From NCBI GenBank assembly GCA_965223795.1, contig CBDCXL010000002.1, positions 3,186,953-3,250,952 on the forward strand: a stretch of DNA of 64,000 bases, read 5' to 3'. Below, piece by piece: positions 20,362 to 30,814 of the stretch. Made by a program: the position numbers and the translations under genes. The stretch's first letter is position 1. Each line of letters begins with the position of its first letter. Source of the DNA: Nitrospinales bacterium (lineage in GTDB: Bacteria; Nitrospinota; Nitrospinia; Nitrospinales; VA-1). The notes under the pieces were generated by a model, which did not search any database, was not told where the DNA came from, and saw nothing but the letters and a program-made list of their open reading frames with translations.

Positions 20362-21762
20362 ATGTTAGAGGTGAAGTGTCCCAGAAACTATGAAAAAGAG
20401 AGGGAATATATTTGTAAGGTTATATTTGAGGAGTTTTTGGGTGTCGAATATAACTTGATTAGGCAGGAAAGGCCGGATTGGTTGATTTCGGCAGGTGATA
20501 ATAAGAAATTAAGAATATCAGATGTGTTTTTCAAAACCCCGAAGGAGAGTTGGTTGAAAAACGTATCTTTGCCAAGGCGACCTTTAAAAATTATTTTTCT
20601 AAAAAATACTATTTTTGAGGGGTTATGCAGTTACGACTCAATTCCCGCGCTTTATGGGGAAATAAAACAAGGTGAACAATCTTATGTGGATCGAAATGAA
20701 GAGATAGATTTGAAATTAGATATCCTGGGAGCATCATTTTTTATGCTCACGCGGTATGAAGAGATAGTAAATACACATGCTGATATTCATGGAAGATATC
20801 CATCAAAGAAAACAATTGCGTATCAGGAAGGGTTTCTTGAAAGGCCTCTTGTAAATGAATATTTAGAACTTCTTTGGTGTTGCATAAATAAATTGTGGCC
20901 AAATGTAAAAAGAAAAAAAAGGCAATTTCAAATTCGAATCAGCCACGATGTTGATCGGTCCTATTTATTTCATAATTTAAAGTACAGCTTTTGGATTAAA
21001 CACATTGCCGGTGATTTGTTATATCGGAAGAATTTGTCTCTGGCTTATAAGACATTGAAAAATGGATTGTTGAGTAAGCTGAATCGATTGGACAAGGATC
21101 CTTTTGATACATATGACTGGCTGATGGATATGAGTGAAAATAATTCCATAAAAAGTGAATTTTACTTTATATGCGGTGGATATGGAGAACGATTCGGACC
21201 TAACTACCAAATAAATGATACTCGTATGACCGATCTCATTCGCCACATAAGTGACAGGGGGCATAATATTGGAATTCATCCAAGTTATAAGACTTATTTA
21301 TACCCAAAGCAATTATCAATTGAACTGGAAGCGCTGAACCGGGCCCTCAATAAGGTGGGAATCACTCCCGATAAAATTGGTGGCCGCCAACATTATTATC
21401 GATGGGTAAATCCGACAACATGGCAAATTTGGGAAGACAATGGTTTGTCGTACGATTCATCGCTGGCTTTTGATGATTATGTAGGCTTTCGGTGCGGTAC
21501 TTGTTATGAGTTCTCTGTATTTAATCTAAAAACATCAATGGCTTTAAATTTGAAGGAACGGCCTCTGATTATAAGTGAAGATACGTTATTTAATAATGAA
21601 GGTTATTCAATCTTGTCATATGAAGATAAATGTCAGAAGGGGGACGATCTTAAGAATGTGACAAGAAAATACGGTGGTGTGTTCGAAGTTCTTTGGCATA
21701 ACGATGGATTTTATGGAAATGAAAACTTGAGAGAGTTTTATAAAAATATTCTTTCTAATTAG
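20362..21762 (+). CDS. Polysaccharide deacetylase family protein with N-terminal extension
   Basis: FFMLTRYEE, SHDVD, IGIHPSY, GRQHY, YDSS, GFRCGTC, LWHN. Confidence 0.82.
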   Translation: MLEVKCPRNYEKEREYICKVIFEEFLGVEYNLIRQERPDWLISAGDNKKLRISDVFFKTPKESWLKNVSLPRRPLKIIFLKNTIFEGLCSYDSIPALYGEIKQGEQSYVDRNEEIDLKLDILGASFFMLTRYEEIVNTHADIHGRYPSKKTIAYQEGFLERPLVNEYLELLWCCINKLWPNVKRKKRQFQIRISHDVDRSYLFHNLKYSFWIKHIAGDLLYRKNLSLAYKTLKNGLLSKLNRLDKDPFDTYDWLMDMSENNSIKSEFYFICGGYGERFGPNYQINDTRMTDLIRHISDRGHNIGIHPSYKTYLYPKQLSIELEALNRALNKVGITPDKIGGRQHYYRWVNPTTWQIWEDNGLSYDSSLAFDDYVGFRCGTCYEFSVFNLKTSMALNLKERPLIISEDTLFNNEGYSILSYEDKCQKGDDLKNVTRKYGGVFEVLWHNDGFYGNENLREFYKNILSN

Positions 21763-21798
21763 GAAATTATTACTTCTAAGATATAGGGCTGAAGACAT

Positions 21799-23688
21799 AT
21801 GTGCGGTATTGCGGGGATCGTTACGAAAAATAATGTGGATATATCCTTGCGAATTGAAAGGATGATAAAGGCTCAATCTCATAGAGGACCTGATGGAAAT
21901 GGTAAGTGGATTAGCAAATGGGGTGATCGTTCCATCGCATTGGGGCACACCAGGTTGGCAATATTGGATTTGTCATATGCTGGAAAGCAACCGATTCACT
22001 CTGCATGTGGAAGGCATACACTGATCTACAATGGGGAAATATATAATTATAAAGAGTTAAGACAAGAGTTGGAGGCTGATGGAATTATTTTTAATTCTCA
22101 ATGTGATACGGAAATAGTATTGCAGTCGTTGATAGTATGGGGCGAAAAGAGTTTTCAAAAATTTAACGGTATGTGGGCATTGGCCTGGTTGGATAAAGAA
22201 AACGGACAGCTCTTGCTCTCACGCGATCGATTCGGAGTGAAACCTTTATATTATTATGTGGGTAAAGAGGAATTGTATTTTGCTTCTGAGATAAAAACTC
22301 TACTTCAGGGAAAAGATGGGAAAGTCTCGATTAACTATTCTGCTGCAGGACGTTATTTAAGGCAGACATTATTGGATGCGCAAACGGATACTTTTTTTTC
22401 TGGTGTGCAAAGATTGATGCCTGGTCATATGATTCGATTCCGATTGAACGATGGATCAAAAAATGAATGCGCAGAAATATGCTATTGGAGTATGCCAGAA
22501 ACTCCAGTGTTTAATGGAAGCAATGGTGATAAAAGTGAATTGATTGAGCAAATTCGGGACACTTTTGCTGATGCGGTTCGATTGAGGCTTCGTAGCGATG
22601 TTCCAGTAGGCGTCTTGTTGTCAGGAGGGATCGATTCGTCAAGCATAGCTAGCTGGATGAATCAAATATTAGGAAAAGATAGTGAATGGCATATTTTATC
22701 TGCGGTGAGCGATAACCCCGATTACGACGAACAAAAATATATCGATATTGTTGGGCGGTATTTAGACAAAAAAATTGAAAAGATACCTCTCCACTTTAAT
22801 CTAGATTCTATTTTCGGATTATTAGAGGAAATAAGCTGGGTTAATGATGAGCCCGTTGGCTCTCTTTCCAATATTGCGCATTATTTAATAATGAAGCGGG
22901 CAAAAGAACTCGGCATCACTGTTTTGTTGAGCGGGCAAGGAGCTGACGAGCTGTTATGTGGATACCGTAAATATTTGGGTTTTTATATACAGGGACTGAT
23001 TAAAGAAGGTAGATATTTTAAAGCAGGGGATGTGCTGGAAAAATTTTATAGACGGAAAACAATCATTTCGCAGTTTGCTTTCAGAGAAGCAAAAAGGTAT
23101 TTGCCGGCATTTCTAAAAATTAAAGAAATAAACGCCTTGGGGCCAAGATTGCAACAATATGATGACGACCTGAATGTCGGGTTGGGAAAAAATACATTGA
23201 TACAACGGCAAATTGAGGATTATCGAAAATATTCAATTCCTGCTCTCACTCATTATGAAGACCGTATGTCGATGTCGATGTCGCGTGAAATACGTTTTCC
23301 GTTTTTGGATTATCGACTTGTCAATATGATATTACCGTTAGCTCCAGAATACAAAATCAATGATGGTTGGACAAAATGGATATTTAGAAAGTCCATGGAA
23401 GATCATCTACCTCCAGAAATTGTTTGGAGAAAGGACAAGCAAGGGTTTATCAATCCAGAAGAAGAATGGTTTAAATATGAACTACAGGAAAAAATTGAAA
23501 AAATATTCAATGGGGATTTATTGGTAGAAAATTATGGTTTGATAAATCGAGAAAAAATTAAAGAAAAATATAAGCGCTTCTGCAAGCAAGAAGCGAACAG
23601 AGGTACTGTGTCATTTGCTGATATCTTTAATGTTGTATCTCTGGAATTCTGGATGAGGAAGTATGAAAACTGGCTTTCTCTTTCATGA
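21799..23688 (+). CDS. asnB: Asparagine synthase-like glutamine amidotransferase (probable sugar amidase-forming enzyme)
   Basis: MCGIAG, HRGPD, RLAILDL, NGEIYN, RDRFGVKP, LSGGIDSS, SGQGADE, RFPFLD, KQGF. Confidence 0.92.
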   Translation: MCGIAGIVTKNNVDISLRIERMIKAQSHRGPDGNGKWISKWGDRSIALGHTRLAILDLSYAGKQPIHSACGRHTLIYNGEIYNYKELRQELEADGIIFNSQCDTEIVLQSLIVWGEKSFQKFNGMWALAWLDKENGQLLLSRDRFGVKPLYYYVGKEELYFASEIKTLLQGKDGKVSINYSAAGRYLRQTLLDAQTDTFFSGVQRLMPGHMIRFRLNDGSKNECAEICYWSMPETPVFNGSNGDKSELIEQIRDTFADAVRLRLRSDVPVGVLLSGGIDSSSIASWMNQILGKDSEWHILSAVSDNPDYDEQKYIDIVGRYLDKKIEKIPLHFNLDSIFGLLEEISWVNDEPVGSLSNIAHYLIMKRAKELGITVLLSGQGADELLCGYRKYLGFYIQGLIKEGRYFKAGDVLEKFYRRKTIISQFAFREAKRYLPAFLKIKEINALGPRLQQYDDDLNVGLGKNTLIQRQIEDYRKYSIPALTHYEDRMSMSMSREIRFPFLDYRLVNMILPLAPEYKINDGWTKWIFRKSMEDHLPPEIVWRKDKQGFINPEEEWFKYELQEKIEKIFNGDLLVENYGLINREKIKEKYKRFCKQEANRGTVSFADIFNVVSLEFWMRKYENWLSLS

Positions 23689-23712
23689 GTAAAGATTGTA
23701 AAGGATATTGAT

Positions 23713-24816
23713 GTGTCTAAGATTTGCATATTGACAAGCGTTCACTCTGCTTTTGACGACAGGATATTTTATAAGCAAGCAAAATCGATCGCAAAGAACG
23801 GATATGAAGTTGTCTTAATTGCTCCACACAATAAGAAAGAGATAATTGAAGATATAACGATTATTCCATTAAAAAAAAGAAATAATAGATTTGCAAGACT
23901 GATATTTGCAAATATTGAACTTTTAAGAAAAGCCTTCGCTCAAAAAGCTTCTATATATCATTTCCACGATCCAGAAATCATTCCTTTAGGCCTGATACTA
24001 AAACTGTTTAATAAGAAGGTTGTGTATGACATCCATGAAGATGTGCCTAAAGATGTGATGGAAAAAGCATGGATCCCACAGTTTTTAAGAGGATTTGTTT
24101 CTAAAACGATAAATTCGCTGGAGCAATATGCCGGCAGAAAATTTGATGGGATGTTAGGGGCCACTCCATATATTTGTGAGAGGTTTGATGGTTCTGATAT
24201 TCGGAATGTGTTGCCAATTTGCAATTATCCAATGCTGGAGGAATTTAAAAATAATTTAAGTGATGGAAACGAAAAAAGGAAAGTTTGTTATGTGGGGGGA
24301 ATCTCTGAGGCCAGGGGAATTCGGGAAATGATTGGTTCTGTATCCAGGGCGGATATGGTGCTGAGCCTTGCAGGCTCTTTTCAGCCAAAGGAATTGGAAA
24401 ATGAATTAAAAACTCTTCCGGAATGGAAAGTTGTAGATTGCAAAGGGTTTTTGAATCGTACTCAAGTTGCTGAATTACTTTCTGGTTCTATAGCAGGTAT
24501 GGTTATTCTGCATCCAACAAAAAGTTATCAATATTCATATCCGATCAAGCTTTTTGAATACATGGCAGCTGGAATACCATTTATAGCTTCGGATTTTCCC
24601 GTGTGGCGCAATCTGGTGCAAGGCGTTGAATGTGGCCTGTTTGTCAATCCTAAAGACCCAGAAGATATTTCAAAAGCCATAAAATATTTGGGTGCAAATC
24701 CTGACGAAGCAAAAAAAATGGGAGAAAGAGGTAGAAAATTGATTGAAGAAAAATACAACTGGCAGAAAGAAGAGGAAAAGATAATACGTCTTTATTCTCA
24801 TTTGATAAATAATTAA
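23713..24816 (+). CDS. Glycosyltransferase family 4
   Basis: DDRIFYK, HFHDPE, YDIHED, PIKLFEYMAAGIP. Confidence 0.9.
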   Translation: MSKICILTSVHSAFDDRIFYKQAKSIAKNGYEVVLIAPHNKKEIIEDITIIPLKKRNNRFARLIFANIELLRKAFAQKASIYHFHDPEIIPLGLILKLFNKKVVYDIHEDVPKDVMEKAWIPQFLRGFVSKTINSLEQYAGRKFDGMLGATPYICERFDGSDIRNVLPICNYPMLEEFKNNLSDGNEKRKVCYVGGISEARGIREMIGSVSRADMVLSLAGSFQPKELENELKTLPEWKVVDCKGFLNRTQVAELLSGSIAGMVILHPTKSYQYSYPIKLFEYMAAGIPFIASDFPVWRNLVQGVECGLFVNPKDPEDISKAIKYLGANPDEAKKMGERGRKLIEEKYNWQKEEEKIIRLYSHLINN

Positions 24817-24823
24817 AGAAAGT

Positions 24824-25918
24824 GTGCGGGTTATGCGAAGCGTGGATGGTGAAAAGGAAAATAGTGAAAAACAGGTGTCAGTCGTCATACCTACTTATAA
24901 TGAGAAAGACTTTATTGAAAAATGCCTGGAATCGGTAATGCAAAATGGATACCCACAGGAATACTTGGAAATACTAGTGTGCGATGGGATGAGCACTGAC
25001 GGGACGAGAGATATCGTAAATCGAATGATGAAAAAATATCCTAAAATTCGATTGATTGATAATCCGAAAAGATTCACTCCATGCGGGTTTAATGTTGGAA
25101 TACGTTCATCAAGATCTGATGTTGTTATTATTATGGGAGCGCATGCAAACTATTGTAAAGACTATATTCGGAAAAACGTGCAGCGATTATACGAATATGA
25201 TGCTGACAACGTTGGCGGGGTTCTCATAACCAAGCCAAGGAATTCCGGTTTGATTTCAAAGGCGATTGTATCTGTGTTGACCAGTAAGTTTGGTGTTGGA
25301 AATTCAAAATTTCGCACAGGTTCCGATGATCCTATTGAAGTTGATACGGTATTTGGGGGCTGCTATAAAAAATCAATTTTTGAAAGGATCGGTTTGTTCA
25401 ATGAAAGCTTGGTATGTTCGCAGGATATTGAATTGAACGTGCGATTGAAAAGAGCAGGAGGGAAGATATTATTGTTCCCGGATATTCTTGTCGAATACTT
25501 TGCCCGTTCCCGGATCGGTGAGTTTTTAAAACATAACTTTAGAAACGGCTACTGGGCTGTGTATCCATTTAAATATGTGGATTACATGCCCGTAAAATTT
25601 CGGCATTTGATTCCGTTGTTTTTTGTGTTGGGAATATTGGCAAGTGCCTGCCTGGGACTAGTATTTGATTCGTATATTTTGTTGGCTTTAATCTTAGTGA
25701 TGTATTTTATGGCATCAATTTACTTTTCAATTCAACAGGCGATTAAAGAAAAGCGGTTGATAAATATATTTATATTGCCGTTATTGTTTTTTTCTCTTCA
25801 TTTTAGTTATGGCTGTGGGTCTTTATTTGCTGCAATCAAACTGATTATTTCTAAAGAATTTTGGGATAACTGGTTAAGAAAATATCAAAAAAGTGAACCT
25901 CGTTCCGTAAACGTATAG
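24824..25918 (+). CDS. Glycosyltransferase family 2 (ExoA-like)
   Basis: VSVVIPTYNE, DGMSTDGT, DTVFGG, QDIELN, C-terminal TM helices. Confidence 0.9.
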   Translation: MRVMRSVDGEKENSEKQVSVVIPTYNEKDFIEKCLESVMQNGYPQEYLEILVCDGMSTDGTRDIVNRMMKKYPKIRLIDNPKRFTPCGFNVGIRSSRSDVVIIMGAHANYCKDYIRKNVQRLYEYDADNVGGVLITKPRNSGLISKAIVSVLTSKFGVGNSKFRTGSDDPIEVDTVFGGCYKKSIFERIGLFNESLVCSQDIELNVRLKRAGGKILLFPDILVEYFARSRIGEFLKHNFRNGYWAVYPFKYVDYMPVKFRHLIPLFFVLGILASACLGLVFDSYILLALILVMYFMASIYFSIQQAIKEKRLINIFILPLLFFSLHFSYGCGSLFAAIKLIISKEFWDNWLRKYQKSEPRSVNV

Positions 25919-25944
25919 TTTTAACTGATTGGAATTATAAAAAT

Positions 25945-26931
25945 ATGCCGGTAGAGGCCAAAGCAAAACTAAAGACAACGAGTGAAAATAAAGATTATAC
26001 AAATTGCATATTTGAAGAATCCTGGTGGTTGGATGCTGTTGCTCCAAATGAATGGGATGAAATTATAATAAAAAATGGTGAACGTGTCACAGCTCGTTTG
26101 CCTTATGTTTTAAAAAAAAGATTTGGTAAGACATTCATCCTAATGCCACAACTGACTCAATGCCTGGGTCCATGGATGGAGTCCATAACCGGGAAATATT
26201 CAAATGTGGCCAGTAAAAGAAAAGAGCTTATAAATAAAATCATAGATAGGCTCCCGGAATATGATTTATTCAGAATGGAGCTTCACTATAGTTTAGACAA
26301 CTGGCTTCCTTTTTATTGGCGTGGCTTCACGCAGACCACATATTATACATATGTTATTGAGGACCTTTCTGATCTCGACAAGGTGTGGAATGAGTTTGAT
26401 TCCACTGTTCGGAATAGAATAAGAAAAGCGCAAAAACTCATTCATATTAATAATGATCCAGACATAGATCGTTTTTTACATATTAATAAGCTCACATTTG
26501 AAAGACAGGGATTGTCTCTTCCCTATGGAGAAGAGTTCATACGAAGGCTGGATTCGGCTTGCAGCAGAAAAGGAGCCCGGAGAATATTTTTTGCGGAAGA
26601 TGATGAAGGGAATACACATTCTGCTATTTACATCATATGGGATGAAAAATCAGCCTATTATTTGATGGGAGGAATCGATCCGCAACATGCCGCCAGCTAT
26701 GCGAACCCGTTGTTGTTTTGGGAAGCAATCAAATTTTGTTCAACAGTAACAAAAAAATTTGATTTTGAAGGATCCATGGTTGAACCCATCGAAAAATTCA
26801 TGCGGGGATTCGGTGCCGTGCAAAAGCCCTATTTCGAAGTGATGAATACGAGTTCCTCTATGAAATTATTGATGGCAGGGGTGGATGTATTAGGCGGGCT
26901 TCGCAAAGTTAAGAAATGGGTACAAGGCTAA
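25945..26931 (+). CDS. GNAT/FemAB-like acyltransferase
   Basis: WWLDAV, RNRIRKA, YYLMGG, FDFEGSM. Confidence 0.78.
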   Translation: MPVEAKAKLKTTSENKDYTNCIFEESWWLDAVAPNEWDEIIIKNGERVTARLPYVLKKRFGKTFILMPQLTQCLGPWMESITGKYSNVASKRKELINKIIDRLPEYDLFRMELHYSLDNWLPFYWRGFTQTTYYTYVIEDLSDLDKVWNEFDSTVRNRIRKAQKLIHINNDPDIDRFLHINKLTFERQGLSLPYGEEFIRRLDSACSRKGARRIFFAEDDEGNTHSAIYIIWDEKSAYYLMGGIDPQHAASYANPLLFWEAIKFCSTVTKKFDFEGSMVEPIEKFMRGFGAVQKPYFEVMNTSSSMKLLMAGVDVLGGLRKVKKWVQG

Positions 26932-26994
26932 ATAGGCTAACCATTAAGGATTTATTTGGATGGGAAAAATATGATGTTCAATAGATTGCAATTC

Positions 26995-28425
26995 TTATTT
27001 AATAATATTGCGAATCAAATTTAATAGTAGTGATTGTATCGTTTTGTCATTTTCTAAAGTTTGGGTGAAAGAAACCGAGCCCACATTGAACAACCAACCC
27101 CCATGAGGAAGGTCTCGATATACCATTGATGCTGGTCCTTCCGGATTCTCTCCTGTAGCCAAAACAGTAAACTCACTGCTTGCCCCGGTGATCTTATCGG
27201 TTTCGTATCCACTGGCCCCATAAATTCCTTTAGGAAAATCTATCTCATCGCCGTAATTGTGCCTGGAATATTTAATGTGTTTGGTGGACATGGGGCTATT
27301 TCCTTGGCCGATTGTTTCATCCTGATTCAAGTTCAAGTCTTTGAATATCCAGTGTTCAGGGCGATTTATCTTATATCCTGCGGAAGTTAAAAACCCCAGG
27401 GCATTGTAAGACGTTCCTATAAGCTTGGATATTTCAATAGCATCAGTTTCTTCTTTTATTACAGCGATCGAATCATTCAGGAACTGAACTTCCCGGTAGA
27501 TATTGTTTCCGGAAAGAAAAAGAATCTTTTTCCCTTCGTTCATATACTGAGACAATCTTCCTGTCATTTCTTGGGACCAGTACTCACTGTGCGTGTTGAA
27601 CAAGAAAGACTTTGTCTGGTGAAAACTGGTGTAGGCAAAATCATAATCAGTGACCAGGTTATAAGTAAGCTCATTTATTTCAAGAAACCGGATCAAATTC
27701 CATTCACCGCGGATCAAATGTGAAAAACAGGTATTTCTCTTATTCTCAAGATCTTTTAGATCCCGATTGACTCTTAAATTTGGGCGGGCAAAAGACAAAG
27801 GTGTGATCGGAAAGTGATGGCGGCTTCCAATTTTGCAACGAAAATTTAAATATTGAAATAAGAGTATAAATAATTTGAGTGGATAAGGTGTGATGAAATC
27901 TTTGTAAAACGATTTTCCGCCGAAATCGTTGTAGGCCTGCCAGGTGTTCGTCGATGCGACAACGCATAGCGGTTCTACTTTGTCAGAGTTGACAATGAAG
28001 GGAATTCTGAATGAAGACTCGGGATTGTTTTTGTGGGATATCTTAGCAAAATAAAAGCCGGGTCTGAGTATTTCAGAATTAAATCTAAAATTGGGTTTCC
28101 AGCGCAAACCCTCCCAGGGGGTGAAGTCTTCCGGCTGCCGTTCAGTTTTGATTTGCTGAATAAAATCAATCTTTTCTAAAGTGGTACCAAGTCGGTATAT
28201 TTCAAGTAGAGCTGGTTTCGTGGTGTGAATATAAAAATCAAGCGAATCTCCAAAACGAATGGATTGTTTCAGGGAATACCCGGAAGGATCTGGCAAACGG
28301 ACATTCAAAGTCCAGCGTTTCAGGATAAAGAGATAGACATATTGACAAGCTGCAAGTCCAAATAGAAATAAAAGTAATATCGTTAATGAGGAAATCAAAA
28401 AAAGAGGAAAGCTGATGATATCCAT
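26995..28425 (-). CDS. N,N-dimethylformamidase beta-subunit-like domain protein, membrane anchored
   Basis: TWQAYNDFGGKSFY, SFARP, HSEYWS, FLSGN, HWIF, GYETD. Confidence 0.75.
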   Translation of the reverse strand: MDIISFPLFLISSLTILLLFLFGLAACQYVYLFILKRWTLNVRLPDPSGYSLKQSIRFGDSLDFYIHTTKPALLEIYRLGTTLEKIDFIQQIKTERQPEDFTPWEGLRWKPNFRFNSEILRPGFYFAKISHKNNPESSFRIPFIVNSDKVEPLCVVASTNTWQAYNDFGGKSFYKDFITPYPLKLFILLFQYLNFRCKIGSRHHFPITPLSFARPNLRVNRDLKDLENKRNTCFSHLIRGEWNLIRFLEINELTYNLVTDYDFAYTSFHQTKSFLFNTHSEYWSQEMTGRLSQYMNEGKKILFLSGNNIYREVQFLNDSIAVIKEETDAIEISKLIGTSYNALGFLTSAGYKINRPEHWIFKDLNLNQDETIGQGNSPMSTKHIKYSRHNYGDEIDFPKGIYGASGYETDKITGASSEFTVLATGENPEGPASMVYRDLPHGGWLFNVGSVSFTQTLENDKTIQSLLLNLIRNIIK

Positions 28426-28451
28426 TCCGTGGGTTGAATCTATTTAGAGGG

Positions 28452-29459
28452 TCATTTGCCTGACGGGTGGAAAAATTTTTTTAACAGCAATCTCGGAGCG
28501 TAATAGATATCGTAAGCGACATCCCGAGCGACATGAATGAATGGGTATTTTGACTTATAAAACCAGGACTGCTCAAAGGGTGTGACGCCGTATTTCTTTT
28601 TGTATTCGCCTTCTCCTCCCCAGTCATGCCATCGCATTCCTCTACTTTTCCAGTACTTCAACGCATGCCAATGCAGTGCCTCATTGGGCCGGACATTTTG
28701 ATATTCCCTTAAGCTCGCATTTCCCCAAAAATAAGAGAATTGATTGATACCAGTGTAAATCGCAGTCGCGATGATCTTTTTGTTTTTATTGATTGCCCGT
28801 AATAGCAGCATGTTTCCGGAATCGTAATAATGATCGATGACAGCCTGGACCCGTTCTTTGCTGTAGGTTGGACGCAAACCCTGTTTTTTGAAGACATCGA
28901 TCAACTGTTCATAGTAAATATCAGCAAATCCTTCTTTCGGGGCTTCTTCGATAAACACACCTTCTTTATTGGCTTTGCGAATGCAACGTTGACAGGAACT
29001 TTTCATCTTTTTAAAGAGCATGTCTTCAGAAGGGGAAAGGTCCGTTAAATAACAAAAAAAAGAACGGTATCTGTATCCAAGCCCTTCGGTCTCTTCTCGG
29101 GTCAAAAAACGATCATTGATTTCAAGATGCTGTACTCCTAGTTCGCTGAATGCAAATGACTCAAAACTCTGCAATGCGTTCCGGCGAGGAATTTCAGGGG
29201 ATAGATTGAATCCCATATAAGGCGTGGTCCAACCAGGAAAAGGACTTCCAAGAATGGGTAAAGCAAACTTTTTAAAGCGGATCCCCGTGAAATAACCTTT
29301 AACCGTAGTCTCGTCGTTCAGCGAGCAGATTATGATTTCTCCACGGGTGATTTTTTGCAGAAATTCAAGCCACTTTTTTGTCTGGGAAAAAGTGCGGTCT
29401 GAAAAACTATCCAAATGGGACCAGTTAATGGAAGATAAAGGTAACTGTTTCCAATTCAT
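28452..29459 (-). CDS. GNAT/FemAB-like acyltransferase
   Basis: TFSQTKKWL, RCIRKAxKEGV, RPNEALHW, DWGG...YKKKYG. Confidence 0.78.
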   Translation of the reverse strand: MNWKQLPLSSINWSHLDSFSDRTFSQTKKWLEFLQKITRGEIIICSLNDETTVKGYFTGIRFKKFALPILGSPFPGWTTPYMGFNLSPEIPRRNALQSFESFAFSELGVQHLEINDRFLTREETEGLGYRYRSFFCYLTDLSPSEDMLFKKMKSSCQRCIRKANKEGVFIEEAPKEGFADIYYEQLIDVFKKQGLRPTYSKERVQAVIDHYYDSGNMLLLRAINKNKKIIATAIYTGINQFSYFWGNASLREYQNVRPNEALHWHALKYWKSRGMRWHDWGGEGEYKKKYGVTPFEQSWFYKSKYPFIHVARDVAYDIYYAPRLLLKKFFHPSGK

Positions 29460-29773
29460 ACAAGAAGGTCCTGATAGAGACAGGATTTAAAATACTGATT
29501 GCAGAATAACAGGGAAAGAAAATTCAATTATGAGAATAAATTTAAGGGGAATTTGGACGGAATTTTAATCTGTTCTCATATGAAAAGAAAGTCCAAATTT
29601 GAATTTGTGGAAATAGATTGGTGTTGGTAACTATTTATACAGTTTGAGCATTTATTTGCAGGGCAGGGGGAGAGGGACAGTGAAACGGGATGATCGGGAA
29701 TGAATTAAGCGCTTACAAGAATCGGGGATAGAGGCAAACAATCCAGGAGGAAAAAAATACAAGTGAAAACATT

Positions 29774-29799
29774 TCAGGGGGAGGGGAGACTCCCCCTGA
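29774..29799 (-). terminator. Hairpin, possible terminator of the 29839-30144 gene
   Basis: TCAGGGGGAG-GGGAGA-CTCCCCCTGA perfect 10-bp stem; weak U tract. Confidence 0.45.
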
Positions 29800-29838
29800 G
29801 TCAGAGAAAATTGTGCGCGAGAGTTAAGCGGAGGCAGT

Positions 29839-30144
29839 TCAAGTGGTGGTTTGTGTATTATTTTTATTCATCAATTCCATCATGCCAGTAGCAACCACGA
29901 TGATTCCACAGATGATATACACATAGGCAGTCCAAGCCGTGTCACCTGCGAGAGTCACAAAATTGATTTTATGAAACGTAAATCCCATGTAAAACACGAA
30001 AGCATAGGTTCCCAGGATTCCCAACTGATGCCTGCGAAAAAACAGGCAAAGAGAAACAAAAATCATGAATACGGCGAACTCAAGCGGAAAAATTCCTTGT
30101 GTGGATTCATTCCAGGACCAGGACGTCTGGGTGATCATATCCAT
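29839..30144 (-). CDS. Small hypothetical membrane protein (3 TM)
   Basis: Strong RBS (GGAGGAG) before ATG, three hydrophobic segments, hairpin downstream. Confidence 0.75.
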   Translation of the reverse strand: MDMITQTSWSWNESTQGIFPLEFAVFMIFVSLCLFFRRHQLGILGTYAFVFYMGFTFHKINFVTLAGDTAWTAYVYIICGIIVVATGMMELMNKNNTQTTT

Positions 30145-30814
30145 TGAACCGCTCCTCCAAGATGGGTGCCAATGTTTCTTTAAAGTTTTATAGCATTACC
30201 TATATTGTTAGTTTCATGGAAAAGAAGCAGTATGTCAACGGGCGAACTCAATGAACTGTTTCGCAAAAACATTGAAAAATCAAAGGTAATGTAAGGTCCG
30301 TTTTTTCAGGCTTTTGTGTTCTCAGCTTCGAATTTAAAAAAGTTTGTCGTGCTTCCAGGGAAATTGGGCTGGATTGGGGGCAGACCGTCATTTCTTCATA
30401 AAAGGGATAATCTGGCCTGAAAATAAAATGTATTTGTAAGTTTAAAATATTCAATATAGTGTAAATATAGTTATAATTTATATTAATATATGCTTGATTA
30501 ACCCTTCCTATTTGGTTATTTTCCTTCCGAAGTCACAGTTTTAACCGCTGACACTCGTTCCTTTGATTTTTTTCACTGGAATAATTGTTCCATTGCCGGG
30601 AAAACCCAAGTGCGAATATCCGAGCATTGGCTTGATGACGGGGTTTGAATAAACCAGAACCCTCCGGTTCACTCCCCCAGCCGTCAAAAGTTCCGATAGT
30701 TTTGGTGCGCCTGGTTCAGGCGCAGGCGGCGAATTCATTTCACATGGTGGCATTGGCACCATTGCTTTGTTCCGTGTAAAGCCCTGGTACGGATTTGAAA
30801 GAAAGAGGCACGAC

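Noticed and set aside
30154..30172. Sigma-54-like TGGCACCCATCTTGG on the minus strand
   Set aside because: Lacks the invariant GC at -12 and overlaps the ribosome-binding site.
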